Assembly (NCBI RefSeq): GCF_964194025.1
Contig: NC_134476.1
Span: 16,678,001-16,742,000, forward strand
Direction: 5' to 3'
Origin: Convolutriloba macropyga
Taxonomy: Eukaryota
DNA: 64,000 nucleotides
In this document: positions 62,201-64,000 of the stretch, piece by piece
Layout of the letters: the number at the start of each line of letters is the position of its first letter
Position numbering within the stretch: position 1 is the first letter of the stretch
The notes under the pieces: model-generated
Seen by the model: only the letters and a program-made list of their open reading frames with translations
The model's database searches: none
What the model was told of the DNA's origin: nothing
Position numbers and translations under genes: made by a program

Positions 62201-64000
62201 GTCTGCGCAAAAGTTCAATTAGGCACATCTAATTTGATAGAAGTTTTTCAAAAATCTTTAATTCTTTTTCGTGGAATTCAAACGCTTTCTGAAGTACTAA
62301 AAACACTAAAAAGTTTTCATTGTTTACTTGACGCTATCAAGTACACAAGTGTCCCGAAGAATTGTTTTAACCTGAAAATGAGCAGATAAAACAAAAGTAG
62401 TTGGTTTCATTTCCAATTTTTGGTCTTCTGTTACACTACTTTGGCAAAATCAGAGTTATCTTTGTATGCTAAGAGTGATTTTGAAATCCGTTAAAATTCA
62501 AATATGATTTGAAAAATGTATTTTTGAAAGAACATTTGATAATGTACATTATGAAGTGAGATATTTTGTTTCCGAAATAGCTGAAATTGTGTCAAATACG
62601 TTGTTTAAAGTCATGTGATTATGTTATGTGATCAGGCTCCGCAACTGTTTATTTTTTTAAATGGAATCTCTATGGAAGTACGTTTTTAATATGTGCTCCC
62701 TCAAAAAACAGTTGTTAAACGAAGTCGGATACAAAAGTTAAGTAATTTGATCTTCGCAATTACTCAAAAATAATTTAAATTTTATGACAAGAGAAAATTT
62801 GTAAGAATTACAAGTTTGTTTTCTTTCAATCAATGCCGTACATATCTAGAAACCTGAAAAATAGGGATAAGGAATCTCGGCCGAAAAAAAAGCTAAACCT
62901 ATTTGTTGTCTGAATCAATTTTTAATTTAAGTTCTCTATGTTAAATAGCCTCTGTTAATTGGTAGTTTTAGATTGACTAAGTTCTTGTTTGAAAAGTTAA
63001 AAAATTTTCCGACGAGATATAAAGTTGTTTGCGTTTCATCAAAAATTTTAAAAAATTCAAAATTGAAAATTTCACTTATCATCTTTAAAAAAAGCACTAT
63101 TTAAAATAGGGTCTGTGCAAAAGTTCAATTAGGCAATTTTTGGTCTTCTGTTTCACTACTTTGGCAAAATCAGAGTTATCTTTTTATGCGAAGACTGATT
63201 TTGGAATCCAATAGGATTTGAAAATTGTATTTTGAAAGAACATTTGATAATGTACATTATGAAGGGAGATTTTATGTTTCCTAAGTAGCTGAAATTGTGT
63301 CAGATACCTTGTAAAAAGTCATGTGATTATGTGATGTGATCAGGCTCGGCAACTGTTTTCTTTTTCAAGTGGAATCTCTATGGAAAAACATTTTTAATAT
63401 CTGCTCCCTCAAAAAACAGTTGTTAAAGGAAGTCGGATGCCAAAGTTACGTAATTTTACCTTCGCAATTACTCAAAAATAATTTAAGTTCTATGACAAGA
63501 GAAAATTTTTGGGAATTACAAATTTAGTTTCTTTTAATCAAAGCCGAACATATCTAGAAACCTGAAAAATTGGGATAAGGAATCTCGTCCGACAAAAAGG
63601 CTGAACATTTTTTCTGTCCAAATCAATTTTTAATCTAAGTTCTCTATATCAAATAGCCTCTGTTAATTGGTAGTTTTAGTTTAACTAATTTCTTGTTTGA
63701 ATCGTCTACAAATTTGCGTTTGATCAAATTTTAAAATTTCCTAAAATCGAAGTATTTACTTATAATCTTTATAAACGCACTATATAAAAAGACTCCGTGA
63801 AAGTCAAACCTAATTTGATAGAAGTTATGCAAAAATCCTCAACTATCTTTTCAGGATTTTAAACACTTTCTGAACTATTAAAAACAATTTAAAGCGGTTT
63901 TTTCTTTGTTTACTTGACGCTATCAACTACAGAAGTGTCCCCAACAATTTTTTCAACATGAAAATGGGTTTCAAAAAACTTAAAAGAAAGATAATTGCTT
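56290..64000. repeat. Diverged macrosatellite, ~0.8-0.9-kb unit, about 9 copies including truncated ones; runs off the window
   Basis: Anchor tatcaagtacacaagtgt(c/a)cc, with minor variants, at ~56581, 57490, 58305, 59167, 60553, 61447, 62335 and 63921. catatctagaaacctgaaa and catttgataatgtac recur at similar spacing. Confidence 0.9.

Overview
AT-rich, repeat-dense eukaryotic (probably invertebrate animal) genomic DNA with spliceosomal introns and several N gaps. Host genes: a two-exon tafazzin (- strand); a CCCH zinc-finger locus starting only ~130 nt downstream of it (- strand; seven finger units over 15953..6675, one of which has lost all four zinc ligands); and the first two coding exons of a CYP2-clan-like cytochrome P450 (+ strand, 45182..52379). 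Mobile DNA: the right end of a Polinton/Maverick (pPolB C-terminus, 28-bp subterminal repeats, ACTACT terminus) abutting a decayed CR1-type LINE; a second decayed LINE; a ~16-kb field of scrambled, tandemly duplicated Ty3/Gypsy remnants; stacked Helentron/HINE-like elements whose ends share an AAACATA(G/A)C + hairpin structure with differing stems; several MITE and foldback families; and a ~0.9-kb-unit macrosatellite filling the last 7.7 kb. All calls come from reading motifs by eye; no database searches were run.
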